Shown: positions 28,997 through 45,036, counted from the first letter of the stretch. The stretch is 64,000 nt of DNA from the human T2T-CHM13v2.0 reference genome, Homo sapiens (GCF_009914755.1 NC_060929.1), one strand, 5' to 3'. The notes: generated by a model from the letters alone, not told the origin. A program made the numbers and translations.

Positions 28997-30464
28997 TTAT
29001 ACAATTTTTCAAAAAAGAAATAATTCCTTTGATTAAAACTGTGTTGCCTAATGGTAAATGGGGAAATGGGAAAAAAACAAAAGTTATAAATGGATGTGAG
29101 ATATAAACATTAAGTGCTTGGGGGTTAAGAGGGAAAAATAAGATTCCTTCTGGCTTGGGAGTTAGGGGACCAAAATGGATTTTAAAAAAGCTATTTCATG
29201 GATGTATAACATATAAAACCCTTCAGAAGTCTGGCCTTTACAAACCTTCCCTGCCTTCTCTCCTACTACTACCTTGCCCTCACCCTACCATATTCTGAAC
29301 ACAAGTTTTCTTTAGTAAGTTAAGGATTAAGAATATATGTTTTGCAATCAGATAGATCTTGGTTCCAATCCTACTTCTGCCATATTAGACAACCTTGAGT
29401 AACTTTCAGAACGTCCCCTCAAGCCTCAGTTTCCAGATCTGTAAAGTACATATTATAAAAACAGCTATTTAAAAAGGTGTTTGTGAGAGTCAAGTGAGAG
29501 AATGTATGCAAAGCTTTGTGCATGAACCACAGGAAAGACTTAGCAAATAGCAATTGACATTTTTCATTATCTCTGTGTCTCTGATGATGTTTTCTTTGCC
29601 CAATATTCTCTTTACATTCTCAGACTGTTCCACTCCTGTTTCTCCAACAGGCACCTTACAAAAGTCTTTCTTCTTGAGTGCTCTAGGACCTGCTAACTGT
29701 TCCCCCACTGAGTGCTCAGAACCTTTGTTCACACCTCCTTTACTGTATTTATATGATAACAACTTGTATTTGTTTGTAAGTCTGTCTTTCAGGAATGTGA
29801 GGCTCCAGAGAGCAAGAGCTAGGTCTTATTCATCTAGCACAGTATGTGACTCACGGTACCACTAGAGAAGTGATTGTTGAATAAATAAGATTGTATTTGA
29901 GCTAGGCCTTAAATAAATAGGAATTACAGCAAATCTCTGGATGGCCTTTTAAATATGAATGTTAACCTGTTAGTGTTATACATTAACCCATCAGAAATCT
30001 CTAGAATTAATTATCAAGGATTAGCCTTTAAGATGAGCTGACAGGCAGGACCAAAGTGAGTCAAAATTTCATTAGGGAAAGCTGGAGGTGGATGCATGGA
30101 TGAATGAAAGGACCCTGGAGCCCAGGCAAGCAGCTCAGGAAACAGGTACAGGGCTTCCTTAGGTTAGCCAGGAGCACTTGGTGGTATGATGGTGAGGGAA
30201 GGGAATCACTTTAAGAGTAAATAAGAGATTCAAGGATAGACAAAAAAGTAAAATAAAAAGACCAGTATCACAAATTTTCCAGATGGTCCTAAGGGGAAAG
30301 CAACACACATGTAACACAGAAGGTCACTATGTAGTCTAAAAGGGTTAGTTTATTGATTATAGCTTTCTGCCTGCTCATCATGAAACTGTTCTCTTTATCT
30401 ACAGAGAAGCAATCCTGCCTTTCATTACAACAGAAAAAGAGGTCTCCAGGTCCTGCTAGGGCAC

Positions 30465-31110
30465 CTGAAAATTTCTCAGCCATTATTTCTTCAAATACTT
30501 TTCTGGTATCCCTGCCCTTCTCCAACTGGAGTTACATGTATATTAGATTATCTGATATTGTTCCACAGCTCACTGATGCCCTGTTCATTTTTTTCATCTT
30601 TTTTCTCTGTGCTTTGAGTACTTCCTATTATTATGCCTTCAAATGTACTAATTTTTTATTCTACTGTGTCTAGTCTGCTGTTAATCCCATCCAATGTACT
30701 TCTCATTTCAAATATTGTATTTTTCATCTCTAGAAATTTGACTTGGGTGTTTTTCTTATATCTTGCATTTCTCTCCTTGTTATGCTTGTGTTTTCCTCTA
30801 CTTCTTGAACATGTAAAGCATTTTTATCATAGCTTTTTAATATCCTTGTCTCCTAATTTTATATATGTGTCATTTCTGTTTCTATTAATTAAATTTTATC
30901 TATGTTATGGGTTATATTATCTCATTTCTTTGCACATCCAGTAATTTTTCACTGGATGCCAGACATTACTTCTCTTTCTTCAAGAATCACAGTCCTATTA
31001 TGCCTATTGTCCAATGTCTGAAAACCATTGTTTCATATATCTTGTTGGGTTTTTTAGTTAAGTTGAAAGGGTAAATTCTATTCCTGATATTCCATCATGG
31101 CAGTAAATGG
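30465..31110 (-). mobile_element. Ancient L1 fragments
   Basis: T-rich; GAAAATTTCTCAGCCATTATTTCTTCAAATA corresponds to the L1 ORF1-type FEEIMAEKF on the minus strand. Confidence 0.65.
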
Positions 31111-31159
31111 AAGGCCTTGGAATCTCTAATAAATTACTGTACCTAGGCATTAAAAATCA

Positions 31160-31464
<305 letters not shown>

Positions 31465-31479
31465 TCAATGATTGCTACT

Positions 31480-32175
31480 ATAAAATCACAAAAAGAAGAG
31501 ATAACCAGACACTTTGTGCCTCCTGATAGAGAAACACAACCCAACATCACCTGTGAAGTTGTCTTTCAAAATAAAAAATCAAACCTGAATCTGATCAAGC
31601 CTCTAGATCCAACAATCAATTTATAGGAAATACAGAAGACAGAAGAGAAGAACATCTTAAACTACACCACAGGGATACAATCAACAAAATCAAAACTGCA
31701 GGAAACTCTACAGGACAAACAACTAGTTTTTTCAACAATCACAAGAATATAAAAATGCTGGAGGGAAAGCTATAGATTGAAAGAGACTAGAAGATACATC
31801 TATTGTAATGTGTGAACCTTATTTGGATCCTGATTCAAGCAAGCCAACTGCAAGAAAAAACTGTGACATTTAGGAGACAACTGGAAATCTGAACGCAGAC
31901 TAGATCATTGATGGTATTTAGGAGTTATTACTAATTTTTAGGTGTGATTATGGTATTATATTTTTCACAAAAATCACCTCTTAGAGAAATATTTTGATTA
32001 TATTATAGACAAAATATTTTGCTATTTGCTTCAAAATAATATGGTAGGGGGCAAGACAGTAGGGGTACAGATGAAATAAGATTGATCATGAATACATGAT
32101 TGTAGGAACTAGGTGATATATATAGACATATAGATATACATATATTTGAAATTTTCTGTTATAAATAAGTTTTAA
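31480..32175 (+). mobile_element. Ancient L1 (L1MC-type) 3' UTR
   Basis: AAACCTGAATCTGATCAAGCCTCTAGATC and CTTATTTGGATCCTGATTCAA motifs typical of L1MC 3' ends (from recall). Confidence 0.65.
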
Positions 32176-33721
32176 AAATTTAAAGAGTCATAAAATTGAG
32201 ACATGGGTTCTAAAGCTGGCTCTAACATCATTTTCCTCCATGCCTATGGACTAATCACTTCTCTCTAGGCCTCAGTTTTCTCCATAAATTATGAAACATA
32301 AAACGCATTCCAATATTAATTACACTTTCCACCATATCCACTCATTAGCTATGTGACATGGGAAAGTTACTTAATCTTTTTAAGCTTCAGTTTCCTTATT
32401 TGTAAAAGGTGATGAAAATAGTAGCTAATTTTTAGGACTGCTGGTGGGTTAAACTGGATGCTGCATGTTAGAGCTCTCATCACAGTGCCTGGCACTAAGC
32501 ACTTAATAAATAATATCTATCATTATTATCTCTTGCTGCACTAAGAAATAACAATAAAGAATTCTATACTTTTTTTAAAAAAAAATGAGAGGCCTCTATA
32601 GTTTAGCCCTTCCTTCCTCCATATCTCCTTTCTTTGGGACAAAAGCAAGAAAATCTGAAACTTCCCCTCTAAAAGTCTGTGGAACAACATGCCCAATAGC
32701 ACAAGACAGGGTAGGGTTTGGCTCTCCTTCCTAGTGAGAGTCATTGCTGCGGGTCTGGAAAAAACGGAGGTGCTACTTTAGTCATTTTCAGAATATAGTA
32801 TGCAGCTGTTCTCCTGGAATGCCACACATCCTGAAGTTGCTCCAAGGGCTAAAAACAGAGCTTAGGCGATCAGCCCAATGCAGCCAAGCTCATTCTTTTC
32901 AAGGTGGCCCCATTTCAAATAAAATGGGCACTCTGTATGTAACTCCTTTTCTAACTAAGAGTTGGTCTTCCTCACCAGACTGTGAGCCCTTTGAGGGCAA
33001 AGCTAGTTGATCTTTCTAGCTTATGCTCCCTAGCAAAGCACCTGGGACAGAGCAGGTACTCAATGCATGCTAGTTGAATGAAGGAATTAATGGCCTATTC
33101 TTTTATTTTATTTGGGTTGGAGTAGGAGTGGAAAAAGAACAATGATAACGAAGAACCAATATTGGAGGGATCTCTCTAACAATTTTTTCAGGGAGTGCAA
33201 CTTGTTCACAACTTTCCCAAATACACCCTGAATATTTTTCCTTCTGAGCCTATACTCATACTCATTCCCTCCACCTGTTAATATCTTTCTCTTACTCTCC
33301 TTCTCTCACTTCACTCTTGCTGTCACTCTTTCACTCTTAATATCTACATCCTTCAAGACTTGGTTCCTCTTCCATGAAACTTTTCTCAACAACTGTTGCT
33401 GAAAGGACTCTCTTCATCTTGATTTCCTATAACACTTTATCTTTAGCTTTAGACACTCATAATGTTCTGTCATATGCAGTGGTCAGTTTTATGTTTCATA
33501 ATTTTTGTGGGATTGAAGGCAAGGTCCTCTCTCAATTTCTGAGGCACTCAGCATAGCACTTTGTATAAATCAGACATGTGGTAAGAGTTCAGTGCATGTA
33601 CTGTCTAAACTTGGAAGAGTAAGAAATATAATCATTCAACCCAATTTAAAGTAGAAAACAACTGAGCCTTAAAAAGTATGTTTCATCCCTAAGATCTTTT
33701 TTTCTAAAAAAGTTAACACAG

Positions 33722-33903
33722 GAGCCAGGCATGGTGGCACATGCCTGTAGTCCCAGCTACTCAGGAGGCTGAGGCAGGAGGACTGCTTAATTAAGTCCAG
33801 GAGTTCAAGGCTGTAGTATGCTGTGATTATACCCATGAATAGCCACTGCCACTGCACTCCAGCCTGGGCAACATAGTGAGACCCTGTCTCGAAAAAAAAA
33901 AAA
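33722..33903 (+). mobile_element. Alu monomer (FRAM/FLAM-like)
   Basis: Single arm with poly(A); TSD AAAAAAGTTAACACA. Confidence 0.88.
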
Positions 33904-34869
33904 GTTAACACATTGTTTTGGAAGTTTTGCTACCCTATTATTCTGTTTGATTAGGCAATATCCTCTTCTGGAAACCTAAGGGAAAACTGTTGTTAGGCAT
34001 ATATATCCTCTAACCAAGTGAATTTAAAAGAAAAATCAAAACATTAAAAATAATAATTTATATTTTCTTCAAATTTGGAGATAAGACAGGCTGGGCATCA
34101 AAAAACTAAGACTGAGAATCACTAGATAATTGTAGAACTGTATCTAAGCCCTTGGCTTTTCCCAACACTATCCTCCCCAAACTACCTCTCAGCATAGTTG
34201 TAGGTACAAATGAGAGGAAAGCATTGAGAAACTATAAAATATTATGTAATTTTAGGGTATAATACTCCTCAAAGGAAAGGGTCAGGATAGAAGTAAATCT
34301 TATTTCTTGAAATTAAGGATGAACTGAGGCTTCCTTGTTACTGAGATAATTGCTTTATTTTCTCTTCTAGATGATATATTCTACAACTGCCATCATATAA
34401 TGACCACTTTGTTGCCTCTTCTCTTTTTTCATTCCCTAGAGATTAAAAATTAAATATATATAAACCAAGATACCCCTACTACCCCTACCCCCAGCAAGCA
34501 AGTTCACTGAGCCTTATCAGTGTTATTTCTTCATGTTACCATATTTTATTGCTGGAGCATATTTATATCATCTAGTCCAACTTTTCCATTTTATAACTAA
34601 GGAGTCCAAATCATAGAGAGAGCATATCATTTGTACGAGGTCATCCAGCTAGTGTCAGACCCCATAACATAATCTTGTTCTCTTAACTACCAGTTCTCAA
34701 TATTACACCCAACAAGTATTTGAACACACATTATTTATTGGCCATAAATAAATATTTGTTAAACTAAAATGAATTTAATTGTTTCTTCTTTGTTTCACAA
34801 AATAGCTGGACACCCTGTAGTACCTGCAAGGAAGAAGTAAAAGTGCTGTTCTGAACTCTATGGCTTAAA

Positions 34870-35230
34870 GCCAATATGATACAGACTCTGGAGCAGGCTG
34901 CCTGAGTTCTGATCTGGATTCCACGACTGCCTATCTGTAAGACCTTGGGAAAATTGTTTTACATTTCTTAGCCTCAGCTTCCTCATTTGTAAAATGAAGA
35001 TAATCACAATAACTACCTCAAAGGGTTGTTTAGTCATCCAATAACATTTATTGAACATTTGCTCTGTGGCAGGACTCTTTTAGATGCTCAGGATACCACA
35101 ATGGACACAGAAAAAAATACTATTTATCCTTAGGGGCTGACATCCTTCTGGGATTAAAGGAGATAATCTATGTAAAACACCCAGTAGAGAGTCTGGCACC
35201 AAATAAATGTTCAATAAATGTTAGTTATGG
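34870..35230. mobile_element. MIR split by an L2 fragment
   Basis: MIR core CCTCAGCTTCCTCATTTGTAAAATGAAGATAAT; L2-like CATTTATTGAACATTTGCTCTGTG; MIR resumes at GGATTAAAGGAGATAAT. Confidence 0.7.
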
Positions 35231-35270
35231 TGGCTGTTGTTATATTTATTTTAAAACGTACCATGTGTTG

Positions 35271-35570
<300 letters not shown>

Positions 35571-36019
35571 CTATATATCTCCACTAAAAAAGCAAATCAA
35601 CAAATAAATCTTACAAAGAGCTCCAAGCAAGATTTTACGGCATAAAACAGCTCACATAGCTGTGTTTCACAAGGACAAATATTATCACCATAGCAACATT
35701 TTTCTGAGTTCTTTAATAGCAGTTGCTTGATATTGCAGAAGATTTAGGAATGGTCTTTGAAAATACCGTATAAAGAGTGTCATGTAGGAGTGAAGATAAT
35801 CCTCTCCAGCTTGTCTCCAAAAAAGATAAATTTTTTATAGGAATCACTTTAATAAAAATTAATATATAAAATCTTACATCAAGAAACACAAATCAGGGGA
35901 TGATTACTTGTATTATGTGGGAATCATAAATATTTCTTTTTGAAAGCCAGCCTCCCTGGTATATTCAAAATATTCCCAAGTATATCCAAAATATGATGCA
36001 ATGTTCAAAATTCTATGAT

Positions 36020-36805
36020 TAACAAGTGCATGAAAAGATGCTGAACATCATTAGTCGTTAATGAAATGCAAATAAAACCACAATGCAGTACCGCTTCACA
36101 CTCACTAGATGGACATAATTTTTAAAATGGAAAATAACAAGGGTTGGCGAGGATGTGGAAAAACTGGAACCCTCATACACTGCTGACAGGAATGTAAAAT
36201 AGTTCAGCCTCTGTGGAAACAGTCTGGCAGTTCCTCAAAAAATTAAACAGAATTACCCTATGATGCTGCAATTCCATTCCTAGGTTATACACCCCAAATA
36301 AGTGAATCAAGTCCTCAAAAAAGTACATTACATGCATGTTCATGCCAGCACTATTTATAATAACCAAAATGTAGGAACAGCCCAGATGTCCATCAATGGA
36401 TGAATGGATAAACAAATTGTGGTACAGACATACAATGGAATTTTATTCACCCATAGAAAAATGAAGCACTGATCTATAACATGGATAGACCTCCAAACCA
36501 CTATTACAAGTGAAAGCAGCCAGGCACAAAATGTCACATATTGTATGATTCCATTTATATAAAATATCTAGAACAGAAAATTCCATAGAAACAGAATACA
36601 GATTGGTGGTTGCTAGGGTATATGGGGAAGAGGCATGGGGAGAAACTTCTTAATGGATAAGAGGTTTTATTCAGAAGTGATGGGAATGTTTCAGAACTAG
36701 ATGGAAGTGTGGTTGCAACACATTATGCATGTACTAAATGCCACTGAATCATTCACTTTAAAATGGTTAATTTTATGTTACATGAAATTCACCCTCAATA
36801 AAATA
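36020..36805 (+). mobile_element. Old L1 (L1MB-type) ORF2 end and 3' UTR
   Basis: GAAAAGATGCTGAACATCATTAGTC...AAAACCACAATG...GTACTAAATGCCACTGAATC...CAATAAA. Confidence 0.88.
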
Positions 36806-36933
36806 TTTTTTAAGAAGATGTCACCCACATGACCAATAAACACATAAAAATGTGAGAGAAAATTACAACTGATTGTCTAGCCATTTCAGAAACCCATGTA
36901 AATGGTGCTTCTACCTATTCACAGTGAATGAAG

Positions 36934-37392
36934 TGTTAAATAAAATTTATAGGAGTTCACTGTTTTGGACTAAGCTCCCATACTAGGCCCCAAAAGACCA
37001 AACTAAAATGAAGTCACTCATGCTAAGTATCACAAAGTCAAACTGAAACATTAAGAAAGCAGGTAAAATCCCAAACAGATCAAGTTTTCTTGAAAACAGG
37101 AGAATCCCAGTAACCAATCAAAAGAGGCCCAGTTAACCGGAGCTGGCATGATAGGGAAGTCTCCTCTGCTTAACCCTTATAAGAAAAGTAACTTGAAGTA
37201 ACTTGATATTAGTCAATCTGCTTTTTCAATTTTTATTTCCTTGTTCCCACCTTCATAAACCAATTGTTCTGACATGCCCTGCGAAGCATCTATTCTATTT
37301 TATAGAATGAGATGTTGCTCCAATTTATGAATTGCTAATAAAAGCCGATTGGACATTTACACTACGTTTGTGGACATGTTGTTTATTTAACA
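36934..37392 (+). mobile_element. ERV1-class solo LTR
   Basis: TG...CA termini with an 11-bp perfect terminal inverted repeat TGTTAAATAAA / TTTATTTAACA; internal CCAAT boxes and AATAAA near the 3' end; flanks GAAG / AAAG. Confidence 0.75.
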
Positions 37393-37917
37393 AAAGGAAC
37401 AGAGAATGCTTACTAAAATCTTAGTTTCTTCCTGTTAAAAGATAATTTTTAAGGCAAAATTATGATTGCCATACAAATATAAAATGAACACATGTTAAAG
37501 GTTTCATTTAACTCATTAAAAACAGATCCAGTAAAATGTTAAAAACTGGTACAAGAGGCAGCCAGAAAATGCTGAAATGAATGTGTTAGTAAACGCAAAC
37601 CCAGCTTCATGTGTGTGAGGAGTAGTAACAATTGCACCTTTGCAAGACAAAATTCATTTGCATTTCTACAGATAAGAATAATTTGTATTACCCTCAGTTT
37701 TCTATAATTTTAAAGGATTTAAAATAGTTCAAAGAAATGAAAGGTGTAGAGCACTATAGAATCAGATAACCTAGAAGGGTTTACTAGTCAATGCCTAGCA
37801 TTCTGAAGGACATTTGGTAATTTTTTTTTCCAAATTTCACAATTTCTCCTGATATTTCTCTGGCAATAACACACTACCATGGCAAATGGCCTCTCTTCTC
37901 TGGACTTCAGGTCCTCA

Positions 37918-37949
<32 letters not shown>

Positions 37950-38596
37950 CTGAGGAGTTGGATGACCTGAAGCTCACCTTGAGCTTTGACAGTCTGCTAA
38001 GAACCTGCTTCCAGAGGCCAGATGCTGAGTCACAGATTCCTACAGATTACAAGCCCTTTAAGTCAACAGCACTCATGATCACATCACATAAATTACTTCT
38101 CTAATGATAGAACATGCCATCCTTTGATGAGGGAGGCCATGTTTCTAATGAATCATCCTTAAACGATTTGCCTTTTTTTGCACTACTACTGGAAATGGGA
38201 TAATACTGAGTTTTCCCAGCTTCTGTCATACACAACAAGCATTATTTAGTTTTTAAACAATTGGCTGAAACTAGAAAGAAGTAGTCTGGGGCTAAAAAAC
38301 AAAACAAAATAAAGTAGGTAGCCTACATGAGATGCTCAAAAAATACTGAGTTGAATGGCTTTTGAAATGTTTACACCATGTTCTACACACTTAATTTACT
38401 ATAAATGTAGTAGGATGTTTTTTTTTTTTTCCCTTTTGTTTGATCTGTTACTCTCCAGCTGCTCAGTACCGGGCAGTACAAGAGACCCTCAATCAAAGCC
38501 TGCTATTTAATTCTATAATTTATAATAGAGAGTGGAAGTGTATTCTTGTCAAAAAAATTTTTCAGCTTATGCATGGTAAGATGAAGTTTCTCTATA

Positions 38597-38785
38597 CTGG
38601 CTGAGCATGCCTAATCCAAAAATCCAAAATCTTCAATGCTCCAAAATCCAAAATTTTTTCAGCACTGACATGATGCTCAAAGGACCATTTAAGTATCAGC
38701 AAATATTCCAAAATCTGAAGAAAAAACAAATCTCAAACCTGAAACACTTCTGGTCCCAAGCATTTTGGATAAGAGATATTCTTCG
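38597..38785. mobile_element. Tigger-family MITE (MER46-like)
   Basis: GGCTGAGCATGCCTAATCCAAAAATCCAAAAT...CTTCTGGTCCCAAGCATTTTGGATAAGAGATATTC, degenerate terminal inverted repeats. Confidence 0.7.
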
Positions 38786-39806
38786 GCTTCTATGCTGGAC
38801 CTAAATTCTTTTTATTGTATTTTAAATGTATAGATCGATTCAGCACAATCAAAAGCACATCCACCAACAGTGTATATAAAAGTCTTACATGTCTAAGAAA
38901 AAAATTTCACAATTTAAAATACCTCTCCATAAAGATCTACAACATTGGACAGATTCTCCACTAAAGCCAATGCTAAGATTAATATTAGATTTCCAAAATC
39001 AGTAAAATTGTAATTGTGACCCAAACAACTGTGAGCTATCTGGATTGAAGGGAAGGGCAGCTTGAATTTCCATTAAATGCCAATACCAACATTCTTTACA
39101 TTCCAGCTAAAAATGCTTTCCTTACCATGAGACTTTGGCTTTACCCTGCCTTTTATCTCCTCATTCCCATTTAGATTTGATGTACAATTATTAGTGGTTA
39201 ATTCGGGGTCACATATTTTCTGTCCTGTTGGGAAGATGAGCACTTCTCAAGTGTGATAAATTGAAAGCTGGAACTGCATCAACTAGAGTAGAATAGGAAG
39301 ACTCTTCCCCATCCTTTCCAATTTATACACTAGCCTATTTGCACACAGCTGTCATTCCAGTTTATGCTCCTTCTTGCCAGAGAGCAGCGACCCGCCTCAA
39401 ACACAGCCTTGAGGGGCTCTTTCTTTGGGGACAACAGGAGCAGAAAACCAAACAGACAACGTGGAGGTTGTGAGTATCTTTGAAACGAAGGCTGCTGGTT
39501 AACTGGGTTTTCTCATATCATATTGATCCTACAGATGAGGAAAATCAAACGTTCTTAATTCCTTGGGAGCAGGAAAGAGAATACAATCCTGATGATTTTA
39601 ACTTATAGGAAACCAGTATAGTGGCTTCTTACTTCCAGTCTCAGGACCAAACACATTCATTCACTCACACACACATTCATCAATAAAGACTTAACTAATG
39701 TCTATTATTTAAGAACTAAGCAAAATGCAGGAGAGGACTCAAAGATAGACTGGAGCTCAATATTTCCTGGCTCCAAACATCTGCAGCTGTTAAAGGTCCT
39801 GCACTG

Positions 39807-40109
<303 letters not shown>

Positions 40110-43100
40110 GTTCCTGGACTGCCCAACACTCCTCTTTTTGGTCAGTGTACTTCTGAGAAGCCAGTGCCAATCTCGGTGAGTGGGAGACTAGAAAAAGGAG
40201 AAGTTTCCATATTTGTCCTTTCATTCTCTTCATTGCTACTGGGGGCCTTGACTCTGCCCTGGGGAGGCCAGGTAGAATCTGCTGCTGACTTTAAGCCTGG
40301 AAATGACAAACAGTAGAGAAAGACAAAGAGAAAACCTACTGATATAGCCAGAAGGAAAGGAAGAGTGTTGTGCGGAAAAAAAGAGAAGGGTAACAAAAGG
40401 AGAACAGTTAACAGCTGATCTCTACCAGGGATTATGGGAAGATTCTGACTCACCTTTTAGAGCTCAGCTCCGAAGACTGAGAGTCAATACCTACCTATGA
40501 AGGATCCCTAGAAGAGGAGACTGAATTTAAAAGTCTGTTGTGTGCATTATGCTGAACACAAGGAAAGGGGTGGAGGCAGAATAAACATTATTGAATACCT
40601 ACTGATCTCGCCTTCTATCTCACAGATTCAGTCAAAAAACAGGAAACCCAAGGAATTTGTTTTTGTGTGCTCGGTCTGTGGTTGATTTTTTTTCTTCCAT
40701 ATTTTCCAAATTTTCTATAATGAGAATGCATATTTTGTACAAATATTTAAATAAACTTTATTTAAACAAACAGAACAAACTTCCCAAACTTTCCCCAGAG
40801 AAATGGATCCGACTGTTCACTGCTGACTATATGGACTATGAAATCACAGAGCTCCCAGGGATCTTAGCAACAACTGCTGCCAGAGTCTCAATCTGTTGGC
40901 TTCTCTGAGTCTAGCAGTTAATAAGAGGATAAGAACATCTGCCTTCCTTACAGGCTTGTTGTGATCACAAGATAAATGTGTGAAAGCATTTTGTGAGCAT
41001 CAAGGACTTAATCAGTGTGAGACAGTATTATTCCAGTTAAATGCAACTTGCTCTAAAACTAAAAGAAAGTAGGTTCAGATATAAAGAAGGTAGGGATTTG
41101 CATGGATTTCCTCCCATTTTAGTTCACATGAGATCCATAGGTTAATTATAACTGGCTAAGGCTTTCTGCTCAGGACATTTGAAGTAATAACAGAAGAGGA
41201 ATTCAGTGATAAGAATCCTTAACTCCACATCAGGGAACCTGGATCACGGTGCAATCTTCAGGTCCTAGAGAACTGATTTCCTGAGATGCCTTCCCACCTT
41301 TCCAACTCTGTTAAAATCTGACCCCTTGGGGGAAACACTGAAACCCAACTGACAGAAGAGAACTAGCAAAAATATATTTGAAGCTAGAAGAAATCAAATT
41401 ATTTCCCCTGAGATTGACTCTGAGTTTGGTTTTGAGTTCTCACCTTGATGTACTTAGCTATCTCCTAGAGGAGTTGGATGGACTAACTAACTTAAACCTG
41501 GCAAGAAGCAGCAATAGGTATATCAGGACAAGGGCTAAGGACTTTTACTGACACTAGTTTATGGCCAAATCTATTTCTCATTCTGGCTCCTATTTATGCA
41601 GTGCATTAGGAGAACAGATGATGTCAACACCACCAGGCAGACAAGTTATCTCAATGCTCAGTTCCTGGCAGAAGAATTTGTGCCCTGATTTATTTTTAGT
41701 GCTTTTCTACCTTAGTAATCCAGTCAGCTGAAGAAGAGCCAGCAATCTATTCTTGGAGCACACCCATTTATTTATTCCTTAGCAATTAGCAATACATTTA
41801 GTCACCTAGGTAAGAATCTACTAGGAGTTTGGGGTCTCATCATTTGCAAACTTACAAAGACCACACAGGATCATTACCCCAATCCAAGTGTAAGTGTGGG
41901 CCTCACTATTTCATTAGTAGAAACCTTTTATTCAGGGAGAAAAACAAAGAAAGAGAGGCCGCTAACAAAATCAGGTATGCATAGCCTATCATTTTATCAG
42001 CAGGGTGGAGGTTGGGGTGAAAAGTAGGAACTCTACTTCATCTTTTATAAAATGTTAGACCTTAAGTTAAGGCACACATTTAGCTTATCATAAGCTTCAA
42101 ACTGGACTGTTGCTAGGAGTTCACAACAAACAGTTCCTTTTTACCAAGATGCAGAAAGTGAAATATCAAAAGACTAATCAGCCATTTCCACATCTTTACA
42201 TTTGGATTTAACCCCAAATATTTAATTTTATTTCAATCTCATACAGCTTGTGAGGACAGACTTATTCAACATCAGCTGTCCTCATATTTAAAAGCTTCAC
42301 CACAAAGATAAAATTAGAATCAAGTGAGGATCATATTCCTCAGCAAGAATTCTGCTCTATGTCCCACTGATGCCCCAAGCCACAACTGACAAATCAAATA
42401 CCAGCATTATTGTTGTTTTTCTTAGACACTTCCTAAGCAGCCATAGTATGATAGAAACTGTATAGATAACAAAAAGAGGCAGGATCACTAAACTCATAGA
42501 ATTATACCCATGGGTATAAATTTATTTCCAAGGTTATTTATCAGCAAAGTGGGAGGAAAGTATGTACTGTCTGGACGGAGCTGGGAGTGACTGGGAAGTC
42601 AACTATCACAAAACCCCTTTTTATTGTTGGTACTTTCCACTTCAGGAATTTTCCAAACTTGGATGAGGTTCAAATTAGACTAAAGACTGGGTAAAGTACA
42701 ACTGTTAACACCAAATGTCATCATCTTGGTATTAGACATTGGTGTGACAATGTATTATATTTTAAAAAATGAAAAAGAATCTCAAGATTTTAAACTATTA
42801 GTTGTTGAACAATCACCTTTAATGGAGTCTAATTGTAAAAATGTAGCTGTAAAAATACATCGTTAATGTTCTGTGTTCAATTTGGAGGCATTTTACCAGA
42901 GGGGAAAATAATTCAGTTCTCAACAGGCATTTTACAAGAAGGAAAAGCAGAAGCAACCAATAAACACATAAAAGATGCACAGCCTCACTTATGACGAAAA
43001 ATAAAGCAAGTTTACAAAACAATGGGATATATTATAAGAAGCATTGAGGAAGTTATTCTCAAATAACTACTGAGAATGTACCATTTAATAAAAGGGCAAT

Positions 43101-45036
43101 TTAGCTGTAACTATTAAAATATAAAATGAATATTATTTTATCCCCTGTAATTCCACTATAGTATGATCCCATTTGTGAAAAAAATAAAATTATACACAGA
43201 GCTGAATATGCAGATAAATTTTCTGTATAGATATACAAGAAACTGTTAATAGTAGAAATTGGGGATTTGGAAAGGTCAGTTGTACCTTTCACTTTGTACC
43301 TTCGGTACTCTGAATTTTTAGAATTTTTGTCCTTAAGCATTTACTACTTTTATTTTTAAAAATATTTTTGCAGTAATAGGTTTATTTCAATTTTCAGGAA
43401 AATTCATTTGTGTGGATCACCCAAGTCCCTAAAAATGCCTTATGCATCAAAAGAATTAAATTATACTCAGTAGTTTTAGCACTGACTGTATTTTGCTATA
43501 TCCTAAGTTTCTGACATTGGTAATTCCTGTATGTTCTGTAGAATAAGCCAGAACTCCATTCACTTACTAGGACAGATAACAAAGAAGGAACTTTTATTTT
43601 GAAAGTGGATTTGACCTCCCAGGATATATTTCTTCACACCCTGGTATCATGTCAATGATTAGAAAACATTTCATGTCAGGCAATTATAAGTACAATACTC
43701 TGAGCACACCAAATACTCCAAGACATTCATACCAAATTCCCACAAGATATTTTTCCAAGACCTCTGGCCCCAGGTTCAAGAAGGCAAGAATGTCACACTG
43801 AGTAAATGGCAGGCAAGCATGTTTTGATATGTGAAAGCCCTCTGTAAATTACTAAATGGAACAGAAATTTAGATAGTAGAATGTTAGTATATTTTGTTGG
43901 GGCTACTGCCTTACCTGATCTCACCAAGCATCAGACTGGGTGGGATAACTACTTGAACTATCTGCATTGTGAAATTATACTAAACAGAAAAGCTCTCCAT
44001 AGGTATAGGCTCATGTAGCAACTTTAATTTCATTCTCTCACTTTTGGCAGACCCTGTAGACAGGACGGACACTCCCTGATATTACTTTTGAGTGTGTGTT
44101 CATGTAGATTTAAAAAAATAGACTTCAGGTGCATAATTAATCATATTTTGTATTATTAACATGCATGGTACTCTTCTACTTTATTTTATTTACTGGTTCA
44201 TTTCCTTATTTATTTTAATAATATAACAAATCCAGTGAATCAATTACTCAAACCCAAGAACTACAACAATAACAATAATTCACATCATCTGTTTACTTCT
44301 CCCTTATCTCTTCCCCTTACTTTCCCCCAATTGTAACCACTATCCTATATTTTGTGTTTATCATGTCCTTGCTTTTTAAATAGTCTCATCAAGGATATAT
44401 TATTGCATCTTAAGCTGAAATAGGATAATTAAGCAGAATGAATTCCTTCATTCACCATTAACATTACAAGGATCCTGCATTAAACACTCTAGGAAATACA
44501 CAGATGCTTGAAACAGCAGAGGACTGTATTTGGCACTCAATACATTTTGATAAATTGGATCTAGAAATTTACCGTATTTTATGACTGCATCCTTAAATAA
44601 GCAAGGGATTTGCAGGGATCTCTTGGAATTTGGGCGGACTAAAGAGATTTGTGATCCAAACAACTCCTTATTCTCACCCAGGGACAGTCTGTAAAGCAGG
44701 TAGCTTCTCTATTGCCAGTGCCCTCCTCTCTCCTTCCTGCAACTTTTTCTCATTTGGCATTAAGGGCCAGGAGTTGAGTCTCTCCTACTAAATACCTAAT
44801 ATAAAACTTCTAGCGCATCTGTCCTATACATGATGACAGATAAATCTCCCTTAAGTACAGGTCCTATCATGTCACTCTCTACCCAGTATAGAAAACTACA
44901 ATGATTCTTTTACATAGAATATCACCTAAATCCTTACCTTGGCATTCAAGGCTCTTTGAGATCTGATCTTCCCTGTCAAACTGACTTGCTATTCCCTATG
45001 CATGCCTTACATTTTAACCAATGCTAAGACTTTATT

